From Bigelowiella natans CCMP2755 (lineage: Eukaryota; Protista; Cercozoa), in NCBI GenBank assembly GCA_000320545.1, contig ADNK01002519.1, positions 186,001 to 250,000 on the forward strand: a DNA stretch of 64,000 nt, read 5' to 3'. Below are positions 47,839-61,195 of this stretch, in pieces. A program made the position numbers and the translations under genes. The first letter of the stretch is position 1. Each line of letters starts with the position of its first letter. The notes beneath the pieces are model-generated. The model was not told the origin of the DNA. It ran no database searches and was given only the letters and a program-made list of their open reading frames with translations.

Positions 47839-48782
47839 ATGCATCGTAGTTACACCCACGGCAGCACACCGGATATGCGTGTGTCAGGCGGTTCTAAGTG
47901 CTTGTTTGTCCAACGTGCTCCAGTCTCGGTCATCATACTACTGTCAGCTTATCATCTTTCTAATCGCTGGATTTCACCGGAAACGCGGAGGCAGCTTGCA
48001 ACTCAATCCCCCATGCGCTATAAAGATTCTGCACTGGTTGCAAGGCGAGTACGGTTGTTTCCTGTGAAAAGAGGGAAGTCTGGCGAGTTGTTCAGAAGTT
48101 CTCCTCGAGGCAAACCGTTGGTGGATAGTACTATTCTGCGACAAAAGCACTCCAGAACACTGGCCGCATCCTCTCAACAGCAAGATCCAAGTTGGTGGTA
48201 AGTGGCGATACCATTATGAAGATGCCCGCATTGTTGCAGCGGTGTGTAGATGATGCTTGTCCTTCACCCAGGAAACACCTCGAAAGCTAAAATGCTTGAA
48301 TGCCTGAATTCTCCGATTAGGGTGGGTTATGAGCACCCAAGCCTTAGACGAGTGGCATCCGAAAGAGCAGATAATTATCTGTCACGGTACTACTACTACT
48401 ACTACTAAATTTGTTCACTTTCATCATAAATCAAATACGACTAAACATGTTGTTTTGACAACGGCAGCGGCATGTGGGAGGACGTGAATCTATCGTCTCG
48501 GAGATGGTTTGTGCCCGCAGAGGTGTCATCGTCGTTCGAAGTTATGAGCCTCTCAGTCTTCTCGCCCAAAGATTCCAAACACCATCCGAAGTATTGAGAA
48601 TGATGAGCCTGAATCTTATCGCTCCCGCTGCAAAAGCTAAAATGCGTCTTGGACTTTGCATTTCGTGCGTTGAGCAGGTTCTCTGAAGCGATAAAAGCAC
48701 GTTATAAGGCATGCAAGGTTGTTGCTAAAGTGTTAGTTTTGACCGTGTAGAATACTATGCAAAAAGCTACGTTTCCGCTGGG

Positions 48783-48823
<41 letters not shown>

Positions 48824-49250
48824 AACACATACACATACATATGTTATTAAAATCTATTGTGTGCGTGCGTGTGAATGTTTACTTTTAAATATATGCACAT
48901 ATGATAGGTGGGAGACTCGTTTGGTCCTACGTGGTCAACGCATTGGTTCAAAATCAAGTTGAGACTGCCTCCAAAGCAAGAAAACAAAGGTGAAGGGCGC
49001 TCACATATGACAGATGGTGATGGGTATCTCTGAAACATCTTTCGTAAGAATAGAGGAAAGATACAGAATGAGAAACAGGATGATAATTATATCCGATTTC
49101 ACTCTTAGCAGTGTAAACGGGTTACTTTAGTAATTCTTTGATGACCTTCTCCCCCCCCCCATCTCAACCATTTGTTTAGGAAGAATACCGTGCTTGCACT
49201 TTGATACGGAATCGGAAGGGTGGGAGCATCAAACACATCATCAATGAACG

Positions 49251-49286
<36 letters not shown>

Positions 49287-49943
49287 GGGTGTTGTTGGTG
49301 TACTACTACACTGATCCATTCCAATCACATAGTTTCAAAAAACTGCATGTTGCTTGTGTTACTCTGTAGGTTGATTTTCAGCGAGGAGGGGGTAATACGC
49401 ACCAGCTCCTTTAACGAGGAAGAACAAAGCAATTCTCGTTACGCTCTCTATCAGTTGAGCTCTTTGCTTTTAAGAGCTGATAACAGAACACGGCATATCC
49501 GATTAAGTTTTTACACATGCATTCTTTTCATCCCTACCACAGTAATCATGCACACTGATAAAACAGCATGTAGTGTAGTAGTAGTAGTAGTAGTAGTAGT
49601 AGTTGTAGTGGTAATACAAGTAGTTCTAAAAAAACATTGATGTATTCTCCCCCTCGCCCCCCCCCTTTTCTTCTCCCAATTTTTCGAATAAGGTCCCTCT
49701 GCAAGCACTCACTGGAGGGCAAAGGACAGAGAGAAGAACGGAGTTTTTCCTTGACAGATTCCAGGTCATTCATCGGTCGTTCGTAGTACTCCTCCCTATT
49801 ATCTGTGAGAGTTATCGAAGAAGACATCTGTCACTGCATTTTATGGATGATCATATAAATACGGGTTGCTGCTCAGATACTCCGCAGCGAGGAAACACGA
49901 TTATGAACGTGAAAAACAACGCAGTATCTTGGGTTGTGTTTGC

Positions 49944-49984
<41 letters not shown>

Positions 49985-50611
49985 ACCCTCTGGATATTCT
50001 TCTATTAGAATGCAGAGGAGGAGGAGAAGGAGGGCACGATAGTGACTTTGTACATTGAGATGGCAGCAAATCAGTAAGAAGGAGGGGGGACAATGAGGGG
50101 AGCACTATTACTCTAGGACATTTATTATAGCTTAGACACTGTTATTCTCACATGCTAGTTTGATGATTTATGTGTGCAGTATGTTTGGCGCTGGGAAGGG
50201 CAACGATATTCTCCCTACAGATCCTAATCGCTTCTTCGTCGTTCGAGCCGCTCATGTGATGATGATTATCATGATAGTGATGATGCCTGATAGCTTTGGC
50301 GCATTTATAGTTACATAGGTCATAGCTATAACATCGTTATCATCACCATCTTCTTCTTCTTCTTCTTCTTCTTCTTCATATCTACCGTTGTTGCATCGTC
50401 AGGTGTCATGGTTTGATGAGAAAGCGTACAGAATATACTGGGATATGCTAACGCTGAGAGACATGGCCAAACACCTGACCGACCACTCTCCTTCGACTTC
50501 AAGATCTCAGCGCGCTCTAAGGGTGCTGCTACTACTAACCAATTGCTTCAAAACACATCATCATCATCATTATTATCATCATCATCATTCACCAAATCGT
50601 GCTCACCTTTC

Positions 50612-50654
<43 letters not shown>

Positions 50655-51744
50655 CTGTAAAATTTCATCTCTTACCTTTCGAATCCCCCCCCCCCCCCCT
50701 TTCCTTCCCTAAATTAGCTGGTGAACGAAGGTGTGAATAGCCGGGTGGGGACTTCAGCCAGCATCGCTCCAAAAGTCGCTTTCCTATTCTCTTTAAGCAA
50801 TTGATATTTCTCCTCCCCCTCCTTACTACCAACTCCGATAATTGTCCTTGCTCACATCCAACAACTTGGTGATGAAGATAATTAGTTTCCAGATTGCATA
50901 GGGAGGTTGTTGCATAAGAAGGGGGGGGGGGGGTTGGCATTTTACGATATTCTAAATCTTATCGAGTTATTTCCAAAATTCCTTCTCTGAAACTTCCTGA
51001 TTGTGCTGCAAATTCATCCTTGGTAGGCCTCTGTGGAGGAGGAAATCCGCAGATTCCTCAGCACCCCAAATCACGATATAGACCATACGATCTATGCTGC
51101 GGTGCTGCCATAACACTATAATGAGAGATCTAAACAAGAGCTGAATATTTTATACGAGATAAAGCCTTTATCTCCTTACCTGTGATGGATGTTATTGCAG
51201 GGCCATTGCCATATCGATACTGCGTGGCTTTGGCCATACAGAGAAACTCGACGGTGCCTATCTCATGTTGTCGTCATCATTGTTGTTGTTTTTTTGTGCT
51301 CTCACTTGAATAAATAGCAAACTGTCTTGGTGTGATAAGCTTCATCTGGTCATTGCCGATATGCTAGTTGGAACTCCGCAATCATCATCATCATCATCAT
51401 CATCATCATAATCTCTCTCCCCGTCGGTGCGTGGCTTTGATCGTTCTTGTTTGTAGAAAGTGTGTGCGAAGTTGGGTGACTCAAATGGACCTTGCGCGAA
51501 GATACCCTGGCTATATGTATAACAAAATGATGCATGTCTACTTTTCTCTGTCTCTTCTCCCCCCCCCCCTTTTGTTACAGCCCATCAGTTGTGTCAAAGA
51601 TCATTAACAAAACGCCCAAAATATATCGATATTTTCCCCGTTAAATTTGTCATTCTATTAAAATGGCCTCTCAATAGCGAGTCGTTCGAATTTCAAAAGA
51701 GACCAAAGATATATATGCGTTAATATAGTATCCATGATGATATA

Positions 51745-51778
<34 letters not shown>

Positions 51779-53876
51779 TGCTCTTGTTAGATTCACTTTA
51801 TCTCAACCGCAGCAGCTGCAATGGGTTAAGGTACACAAATAGTGGTGTTCCTCATAGACTCAGCGAATGGCAATAATATATTCGTCTAGATCATAGCATA
51901 TATCTCTCATAAATCGGTAAATACATCCCTATTGCGTGATTATTGACTATTCTCTTCACCTCTCCCCCCCCCCCCCCCCCCCCCTCCTCCTCCTCCTCCC
52001 TCCTCCTCCTCCTGCTTTTGGTGGTGGTAATGGCTTTCAAAGGATGATTTTCCTGAGGTGTTTAGACGCATTGTAGAGTGCTCTAAGAATGGGTCCTTTG
52101 TGCCACTGGGGGCTACGTGGATAGAGATGGATGCAAACATTCCAAGCGGAGAGTCATTTTGCAGGTAATACTACTACTGCTACTACTACTACTACGGGTA
52201 GTACTAGTAATTATCATTGCCCTTCTTGTCCTCTTACACGAATCTAAGTTTGTGCGCGCACGCATGTTTAGTCGTTTGCTATTGTTCTGTGGCTACTTGT
52301 CGTGATTTGTTGTTAAATGACACATCATGATGGATGCCAATGGACTCGATGATGACGACGATGACGATGACAACGATGATGATGGCGCTTAAGGCAATTT
52401 CTATATGGACAACGATTCTTTCGAGAGCACTTTGGCAACTACACGTCCGTGTTCTGGCTGCCGGATACGTTTGGGTATTTTCTGCTCAGAATTCTGCCTA
52501 ACACATTGAGTTTTAAAACGATTTTCCCCAATCTATGTCATCGATTTCGCTGTCGCAGCCCCTCCCCCATTCCCCGTGATCGCCTCGTTGAATACCTTGT
52601 GTCTTTTTGATACGTTTGATCTTACAGCTGCTGCTCTCGTGACATCATTTGTCGTTGTTTTGCATAATGTGCGACAGATATTCATGCCAGCTGCCTCAGA
52701 TCTGCAGAAATGCTGGCGTGAGGTATTCTTGATACAAGCAGATAATTTACAAGTATTTGTACTGCTGTGTAGGCCATGCGCCCTATACATGTGATTGTTG
52801 TTATGGATGTTGTTGGTACAATATAGATATTTTCTGACGCAAAAGCTCTCATGGAACCTCATCAACAAGTTTCCCCACCACTCCTTCAATGTGAGCGCAA
52901 ACGAATCAATGATGAGATGAAAGAAATGCGACTGCTGTGTAGAATCTGTCGCATATAAATCTTTGCTGTTGTTGTTGTTGTTCAGTGGGTTGGACTTGAC
53001 GGCTCCTCCATCCTTACACATTTTCCTCCAGCCAACACGTAGTAGCATGACACTGCGCACATCGACACAACAAATGCTCTTAACAACGGCAGTGATGATG
53101 ATAACGATGATGATGATGATGATGACGACGATGGTAAAAAGCATTACATAATGCCCCTTTCAGGTACGTTGACTCTGCAGATGTGGGAAGTGCCCTCTAC
53201 AATCTAAAGAACTACAAGCAAAAGGCAGTCAGCAAGGAGTCGATGATGCTCTTTGGCCATGGAGATGGTGCTGTTCAGTCTAAATAGCAATTTCATTCGT
53301 TGCCCTTGTATCCAACATATTCCATCGATATCATCGTCATCATCAGCAGCAGCAGCATTGCTCTCATCATCGTCGACTTTTCTTCTTCTCTACGATTTGA
53401 ACATTAAGGGGGAGGGGGACCAACAATGGAGCACTTGGAAAGAGTGGGAAGGATTGCTAACACTTCGGGTAAATTATCTATCGACGGATAAATATCATTT
53501 GCGTTTATGTTTATGAATACACGTCATCCAAATGTGTGTAGGAATGCCATGGGTGAAGATGGCGTCTCCACAGAGCTTCTTCGAGGCCCTTGAAGAGAGG
53601 TATTAGCATGTGATATGTGTCTACAAGATCATGCGTGTTTGCAAAGGGATTGCATTGAATTGGCCATGATTATCATCCATCTTCTTCCACTTGCTGCTAT
53701 TAAACAAAGAACATCGTTGTTGCCCGAGTGGACCGGAGAGCTTTATCTTGAGCTTCATAGAGGAACATACACAACACACGTCGGATTGATGAGAAGAAGA
53801 AGAAGAAGAAGAAGAAGAAGAAGAAGAAGCAGAGCATATGCACATTAGTTTATGTTAAATACCTGTGGTTTCACGT

Positions 53877-53917
<41 letters not shown>

Positions 53918-56762
53918 CACGGGCAGGGCGATATCAAAAAAGCCAATAGAGAGGCTGAAAGAATGCTACGAGACATCGAGATCTTCCACGCTCCTTTTTC
54001 GGTAATCATCAAATGAAACGCATGATCATCATCATCATCATCATCATCATCATTGTCATTGTCATCTCACGATATATGTATATGCAATCACAGTAGGTTT
54101 TGCATATGAGCATATAATATAAATAATCGTAAAGCTATCGGTGTTTCTTCATAGGGATTTTGAGTAATCTCTCACTTGCAGAGTCAAATTGCCTTTCTTG
54201 CATAAATCAATTTTCAGATGAACAATGGGGATAAGGAAACGTTAGATGCTCTATGGAAGGATGTGCTTCTCAATCAGGTAGTAAGTACCTCTAGTGAGAA
54301 AGAAGAAGAAGAAGATAATACACTCATTTTTTGATCTATATCTATTGACCCCCCCATCTCTCGTTGCCCTATTCTGCTGATACAACCCCTCGCTAAAAAA
54401 CACATTATTCACGTAAAAAGTTTCACGATGTCCTCCCCGGAACTGCCATTGAAGAGGTTATGATGTTGGCCAGAGAACTTGCCGTTCCCCTCCCCCCTGT
54501 CTTCTCTTCATCGTTTCCCTTCTACTGAGCTCAGTTGTTGACGTAAATAAATAGCATATGTTGTATCTGATTCACATCTTAAAGCGATTTCGTGCTCCTT
54601 CATTCAGGCCATGGTTGATGCGATGAATATCTACCGTCGAGTGTTCAGCAAAGGTGTTTGTGCGGTTACGCGTGTAGGTGTTAAAACCATGTCATGTGTT
54701 GCTGCCGTCTTTGAGTAAAAGAGCGAAAGATGGGTGGAGGGGGTTACTGAATACACTCGTGAGCCCCTTGCGGATTCTTTAAATATCAGCAAAACTGCCA
54801 GAGGATGGCAGTGTGAGAACGATTACAGAGCTTCTTGTTTTTCACACAATTCATGTATACCCAACAACGCCCTTCCCTCTTATTTGCCCCAATCTGGGCA
54901 ATCAGGCTCTCCAATGGAACTGTCTGGAATGGAACGTTTCTGCCACAAAGTCGCAGCAGCAGTGCTATGGAAGAACAATACCGAGATATCACGAGCAGGA
55001 TCATCATCCTCTGTGGATGGCAACCTTGCCGCCTCTTCCAATGATGATGACAGCAATGCTATGAATGGGAGGAGATCGCCGCTACACCTCCAGCAGCTAA
55101 TGGCAGTTGTCAATACGCTCAATTGGGTGGTTCATCTTTCCCCGACTTTCTTTTGCCTGCTCTCTCATCCTTTCTTTCTCTCTTTCTCTCTTGTGTGTGT
55201 TTTGTGTGCATGCGTGTATATGTGTGTTCTCTCTTTCTCTCTTGTGTGTTTTTTGTGTGCATGCGTGTATATGTGTGTACGCACTTTTTCATGCTGCCAA
55301 AGCCGTGTTGTTGCCCGTTTAAGTCTCAAACGATGAGCGAAATGCACATTGCCGTCGTCCAAAACACTTGAATGGAACAGCTAATGAAAACGAGGGAGGG
55401 GGAGAAAGAGGAGGAGAGGAGAACTCTCTCTTCTTAATTCGCAAATATATTCCTTCAGCTTCTATCGGCTGTTGTGAATGCATCGTAGCTATTAACGATG
55501 TGCTGCTTTTAGGATCGCTCAGAAGTGGTGGAAATTGATCAAGTAAGCTCATCAAGGACGTCCTCGACTATGCCCTCTTCATCGTCCTCATCCGACAACG
55601 CCGACGAAGACCATGATGGCCACAAAGATGAACATCAGAACCACGGCAGCACCACACGGCTTGCTTATGTCTCCGCTCCTTCGGTTGGAGTCTCTGTAAT
55701 CGACGAAGACTTCATCTCCAATGATGGTGAGAAGAGTAATGGCAGAGAGGATCGAATATATAAATCTAACACATGTACATGTACGTCAACTCATTGACCC
55801 GTCGCGTCATCCTTAGACAATAGCATCGAGGATCGAGTCAAGGTCACTGAGACTCCCAAGGAAATCATCATGCAAAACAGCCTTGTGTCCCTCACGGTAC
55901 CTAACAGTAGCAGCGTGCAGATAGTCTATTATTGGTGTTTTTTCCTCTCACGGAGCATATTCATCTCACCTCACTCACTCCCGCTACCGCCCCCCCCCCC
56001 CTCCAAACATAGGTGTGTAAGAGAACTGGTCGTGTGTTATCAATGCAAGACAAACGATCTGACGAAAGGGAAGTGTTGGTAATAATATGAGAGAATGATT
56101 AACAACTAGTTTGCATCCAGTGCCGGGCATTAATATTACTATATACACACAGAACGACAGCTGTACAACGCACAAGAACACAAAAACATGCTGAAGAAAT
56201 AATTCTATATGTCTTCTTAGATGCACGGGGGTGGCAATGTATTCAGTCTTTACGATGATATTCCTCTTTTCTGGTAGTATTTTGAGGACAAACGTCGTCG
56301 TCATCATCATCGGCATAACCTTTGCGTATGATGATGTAGGGACGCCTGGGATCTTGAGATATACCATTTTCAGACAAGACAGGTAGTGGGGGGGGGGCTA
56401 TTAAAAACACTCCTTGTTTAGATATAAATCGTTGTCTCCGCTGCTTATTTCGCTATCATCCTAAGGAATTCTTCAGTAACAACGACGTAGACAGAGAAGT
56501 TTTCTACGATAAGAATCCATGCACTTATACTTATGCTGCAACTTCATAGGAAATTGACAAAGCGACTTCAGTGTCCTTGATACAAGACCACGAATTGCAG
56601 GCCAAAGTCCAAGTTAAAATGCATGTTGGCAGCACATCTCTCCTTACACAGGTACGATTTACCCACCCACGTCACTCATTTTCTTCATGTCGATACGACC
56701 GAGAAACGAATGTCTATTTGCTATCTGATTCGTTGCGTATAAGGGGATGTTGGCGGCAGATA

Positions 56763-56794
<32 letters not shown>

Positions 56795-58272
56795 AATGAT
56801 GATGATGATGATGATGTTTTCTTATCAGAATATCACTCTCCATGTTGGTTCTCCTCGCCTTGATTTCGAGACACTGGTAATAATAGCATCATCGGGATAA
56901 AATGGAAAAGGCAAAACAAAATAATTACCAGGAACTTCTCTCATGTTCACGTGCTATTATTGGGGCTACTCTGCACCCTATTTTTGTACTTTTGCCCTTT
57001 TCCATTCTCTCGTCGTCGTAAGTACTTGTAATATCATTTCCTGATTGCGGTGCGATGCAGGTGGATTGGCATGAGTCTCGCAAATGCTTGAAGGTCTGCT
57101 TGCTGTATCATGAAATATCACTGCTATTTTCTATCTTGGCGAACCATTCTCTTCCATTCTATCCGTTGTGAGCACATTCGATACGACAATATTTGCCGGG
57201 GCTCTCTCATGAGAACGACTTAATTCAATTACAGGTGGAATTCCCAATGAATGTAATCTCGGAGAAGGCAAGGTTGATTGGATGAAGGGTTCAAAGGGAT
57301 GGGGGCGGGGGGGGACAGAAGAATGAATGAAAGGAGCTAGCGATGATTATTGATTGAATGAACTTTGGGCTTGCGCCTGTGTTTAGGAGCGTGTATCTAT
57401 ACGTGTGTATGTGTATTTTTGTGTGAAATACAAAAATGCGAATGATAACAAAAGCTTTGAAGCTACTTTGTTATCACTTTCAAGAAACGGCTTGCCATCC
57501 CTTGTCACGGTAGTATCATCAATCAAATGCGAGGTTAATATTACTATTTCTGCCGTATTGTTAGTTTTGAAGTGCAGTTTGGACACGTGGAGCGTCCAAC
57601 GCATTCCAATACCGTATGGTGTGTTACCCTCAAAAGCAACAATACTAATATAACGATAAGTTGGAGTGCTATATAATTTTCAAACCCTCCCCCCCCCTCC
57701 AGGGATTTAGCCAAATTTGAAGTCGTAGGACACCAATGGGCGGATATCAGTGAGCAGGTCAACAGTAATGGCAAAGACGGTGGTAATAATGATGATGGTG
57801 ATGATAATGATGATGATGGTAGGGGTACGGAGTAGCTCTTCTTAACGACTGCAAATACGGTTACTCTGCAAGGAAAAGCAATATCTCCCTGTCGCTCTTG
57901 AGGTCATCCAAGGCCCCGGTAATGTTGATCCATTTTATCAGTATCTCTTCCCTCTCTCTCTGTCTCTATGTATATTTATATACAGATATACAAATCATAA
58001 GATAAGTGGACGTATTCATGTATGTTTATCAAATGAGTGCTTTATCTTCTGTGTGTCGTAATAATATGAATATGCACCTTCCGCATCCTTCTTCAAACTG
58101 ATGCGACTGCTCTACGCATACATCAATGATGATACCGTTTGCTTGTTTGGCTCTTCGATCCTCCTCCTCCTCCTCCTCCTTCTCTTCTTTCATCAGAATC
58201 CAAACGCTGATATGGGCGAGCATCGGTTTCGATATGCTTTGTATCCCCATCAGGGTGCTGGGCCTGGTGAAG

Positions 58273-58304
<32 letters not shown>

Positions 58305-59245
58305 AGGAGGATCAGGAGGAGGAGGAGGAGGAGGAGGAGGAGGAACATGATGAGGGCAACGATTCCTACCTTGCTTATAGATGTCAAAGTACTGCTGAGG
58401 AGTGCTGTCATAACTCTCTTTTGACTACTCGCTTGTGCTACTATGCTTGTATTTTCTGGACGTTTCGTCCATATCTAACAATGTTTAGGAGGTGTGATAC
58501 AGGAAGGATACGCTCTGAATCACCCATTACGTGTTGTTCCCCTGCTGAGCGATCGCTTGGAGGAGGAGCGACAACGACAGCAGCTGGGATCACGAACCAC
58601 TGAAGATGGAATAGGAAGAAGAATACGAGAGGAAGAGAGCTCGTCAGCCTCCTCCTCGTCGTCATCATCATCATCATCATCACTAACAGGGCTCGAAAAC
58701 GAGGAAAACCTGTTGGAGTCACAACAACTACACACTTCGTTAATCAGAACTGACTCGGATAGGGTCGTCCTCACAGCGGTAGCCAGCACATGCGCACATA
58801 ATCTACTTGCAATGATATGCTCTTACTATTTATGGCTAGTCGGTCCCTCCCCCGTAGCTGTTATATGAAAAATTAATTGTATGTTCACCTAGGAATACTT
58901 TTTCCTCAAATAAATGTGTGGCCCCAGGTGAAACAAGCGGAAGATGATTCCAGCCGTATTGTAATCCGCATGTACGAGGCCAAAGGGGGAAGAGGCAAGG
59001 TGGCTGTGAGTATCTCACCTTTGCTGATGGGGTCTCTTAAGTCCGTGCATGAAGTCAACATTCTGGAAGAGGAGGAGGAGGAGAAGGAGGAGGAGGAGGA
59101 GGAGGGAAAGAGGCACCGAGCAAAAACTGTAAGTAGGACAACAATGCCTATCAGGAGAGATGTTGATGATCAAGGCTATCATCAGTTCGATGTTTACTTC
59201 CGGCCATTCGAGATAAAGACCATCATCCTGGTCCCTAATTACTGA
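47839..59245 (+). CDS. Glycoside hydrolase family 38 alpha-mannosidase (MAN2C1/Ams1 type), more than 30 exons
   Basis: Exonic motifs [152 protein letters not shown] and FRPFEIKTI. The start codon is uncertain (47839 or 48013). Confidence 0.93.
55176..55278. repeat. 51-bp tandem duplication in a mannosidase intron
   Basis: TTCTCTCTTTCTCTCTTGTGTGT(G/T)TTTTGTGTGCATGCGTGTATATGTGTG occurs twice with one mismatch. Confidence 0.85.
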
Positions 59246-59249
59246 CAAC

Positions 59250-59920
59250 TGCGTGTGTTGTCCTCTTCGTCATCATAGCATTATCTCAATTTTGTGCATG
59301 TCTAGCGATGTGTAAATTGATTTCTTTGCGTAAAATGTCATGGATTTTGTAGCTGAGGCTGGTTTTGTATGGATCCATGTGCAACACGTGTCTGCGTGCC
59401 TTTCAGCGCCCACGCAGCTACTGCAACAAGGATGCCATTGCGTGCCCAGCGAAAATGATGAAAAATTCATTGTTGTTTGTGTGCGCATGTGCCAGTCATT
59501 GTTAGCATGCGACGCATGTGTTCATTTGATTGACCAATCATGTGTGTGCGCTAGTGCGCAAGCTAGCAAGACGCTTGCGTCCAAATCGTCACCGACTAAC
59601 TTTGCGTCTTCTTCTATGCGCGTGCTGTGCACTAGCTAGTGCGTTGCAAGCATGTGCAGTCATGTCATATGCTCTCTAGCTCTGTTTTCAATGAAGATTA
59701 CAACATTGGCTTCTTGCCTCTGCTGTGCTAAACACTTATTGGCTTGCACAACGCACGAACATGGGCTCATTCACCTGACGAATCATCCACTCTAGCACTG
59801 CATGTCCACGCAACAATCAACAACACTAGAACATCACACGCACCGAACGCCGTGTTCAGCTCCAACAGCGGGAAACATTGAAACCATCGTGTGCATGCTG
59901 TGCAACGCACGTTTCTGATT
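59250..59920. terminator. Palindrome/RY-rich tract between convergent gene 3' ends
   Basis: TGCGCATGTG, GCATGCGACGCATG, TGCGCTAGTGCGCAAGCTAGC and GTGCACTAGCTAGTGC words between the mannosidase stop and the 60026 stop. Confidence 0.38.
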
Positions 59921-60025
59921 TCTTTTCATGTTCCTCCTCAAAACTGCTTCCGGTAAGATTGCGAGAATTCTGGCAAAATTGAAAGCTTTGTTTTGCTTTG
60001 TTGAAAGCAAGGCGACGGATGATCG

Positions 60026-60946
60026 TCAACAACCGGACCGCTGGACAGTGGCGTTAATCTCATCCCCATCTCTCATGTCATAATCAGCTGGAGTTTGAAT
60101 TCCAGATATTCGGTCTCCATCGAACAAAAAACGAACTGAAGGTTTTTCTTCACCGACCTTCTGGCAATAAGCTTCAAAAATTCGACTGAATGGGGTGGTT
60201 TGTTTCACCTTGAAAATAACCTCATTGCCATCATGACTCCTCACTGTAATGCTGATTCTTTCGGGTGCATTGCCATCTCGATTTTTCATTGTGCGATTTG
60301 ATCTATGTTCATCGGTCATGTCGCCCCAAATTTCACACGGAGGTGCCTCACCGTCGTACCGGGAAGCATAGGCTATCATCGTACATTCTCTCCGCAGCTT
60401 GCGATCCTCCCGTTGTTGGTCACTAGCACCCATCGGATCGTGATGGAGAAACATTCCTCCGGGAAGCGAACGACAGAACCTCATATAGCTCCATGTGTCG
60501 AGTAGGTGTAAATGCCACACTCTATCGATCAGGTCTCCAGGACTGAACTTCATTTTCTCATCACCCCCCACATCCTTGTTTAATGCTTTCAGGTGCATGA
60601 AACGCTTGTATTCCCTGAGTAAATCTTCCCACGACACTGGTGAATGTTGAAACCACGCGCATTCCATTACTCTCTCTTTCAGAACCTCTTCACCCCACCC
60701 TTCGACGTTGGCAGCTTCGCCGTCTTGAGACGATCCTTTTCTTTCCTCTACTTTCTGCTTTTGTGAGTGCTTCGAGGAGTTCCTCGATTTAGCGCGCTGA
60801 TTCGATTGAGATAGCCTTTTGGAATCCTCGACATCGCTGCCATGCAATTTCTCATCTTCTTCGATCGACGCCTCCGATTTGCGTTTGCGCCCACGATTGC
60901 GCACAGATGGCTTCTTTTGTTTCTCATTCGAAGACCTTGTACGCAT
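60026..60946 (-). CDS. GRDP-like (glycine-rich-domain-protein family) domain fused to a C-terminal SUMO-like domain; intronless
   Basis: EYKRFMHLK...SPGDLIDRVWHLHLLDT.SY..FC....FLHHDP...TMIAY is followed by ISITVRSHDGNEVIFKVKQTTPFSRIFEAYCQK....SVRFLFDGDRI....TPADYDMRDGDEINATVQRSGC*. The N-terminus is basic and NLS-like. Confidence 0.85.
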   Translation of the reverse strand: MRTRSSNEKQKKPSVRNRGRKRKSEASIEEDEKLHGSDVEDSKRLSQSNQRAKSRNSSKHSQKQKVEERKGSSQDGEAANVEGWGEEVLKERVMECAWFQHSPVSWEDLLREYKRFMHLKALNKDVGGDEKMKFSPGDLIDRVWHLHLLDTWSYMRFCRSLPGGMFLHHDPMGASDQQREDRKLRRECTMIAYASRYDGEAPPCEIWGDMTDEHRSNRTMKNRDGNAPERISITVRSHDGNEVIFKVKQTTPFSRIFEAYCQKVGEEKPSVRFLFDGDRISGIQTPADYDMRDGDEINATVQRSGC

Positions 60947-61195
60947 TCCTGTGCAAGAACAAGTGAGGAATGGCTAGCAACCTGCTCACCCTCACCTGGG
61001 TCACGTTTCCCTATGGCAGGGACCGGTTATCGCTTGTACAAAATTAACACTAAGTACATCTTAATATATTTTGGAAGATGTTTCGAGTGCTTCGAAAATA
61101 AATTTTCATCGGAATTTTGATTAGGGAGATGATTAACAGATATGATACGATGATATATCCAAAAAAAACATTCTAAATCTGAGCCGTGGTGGGAG

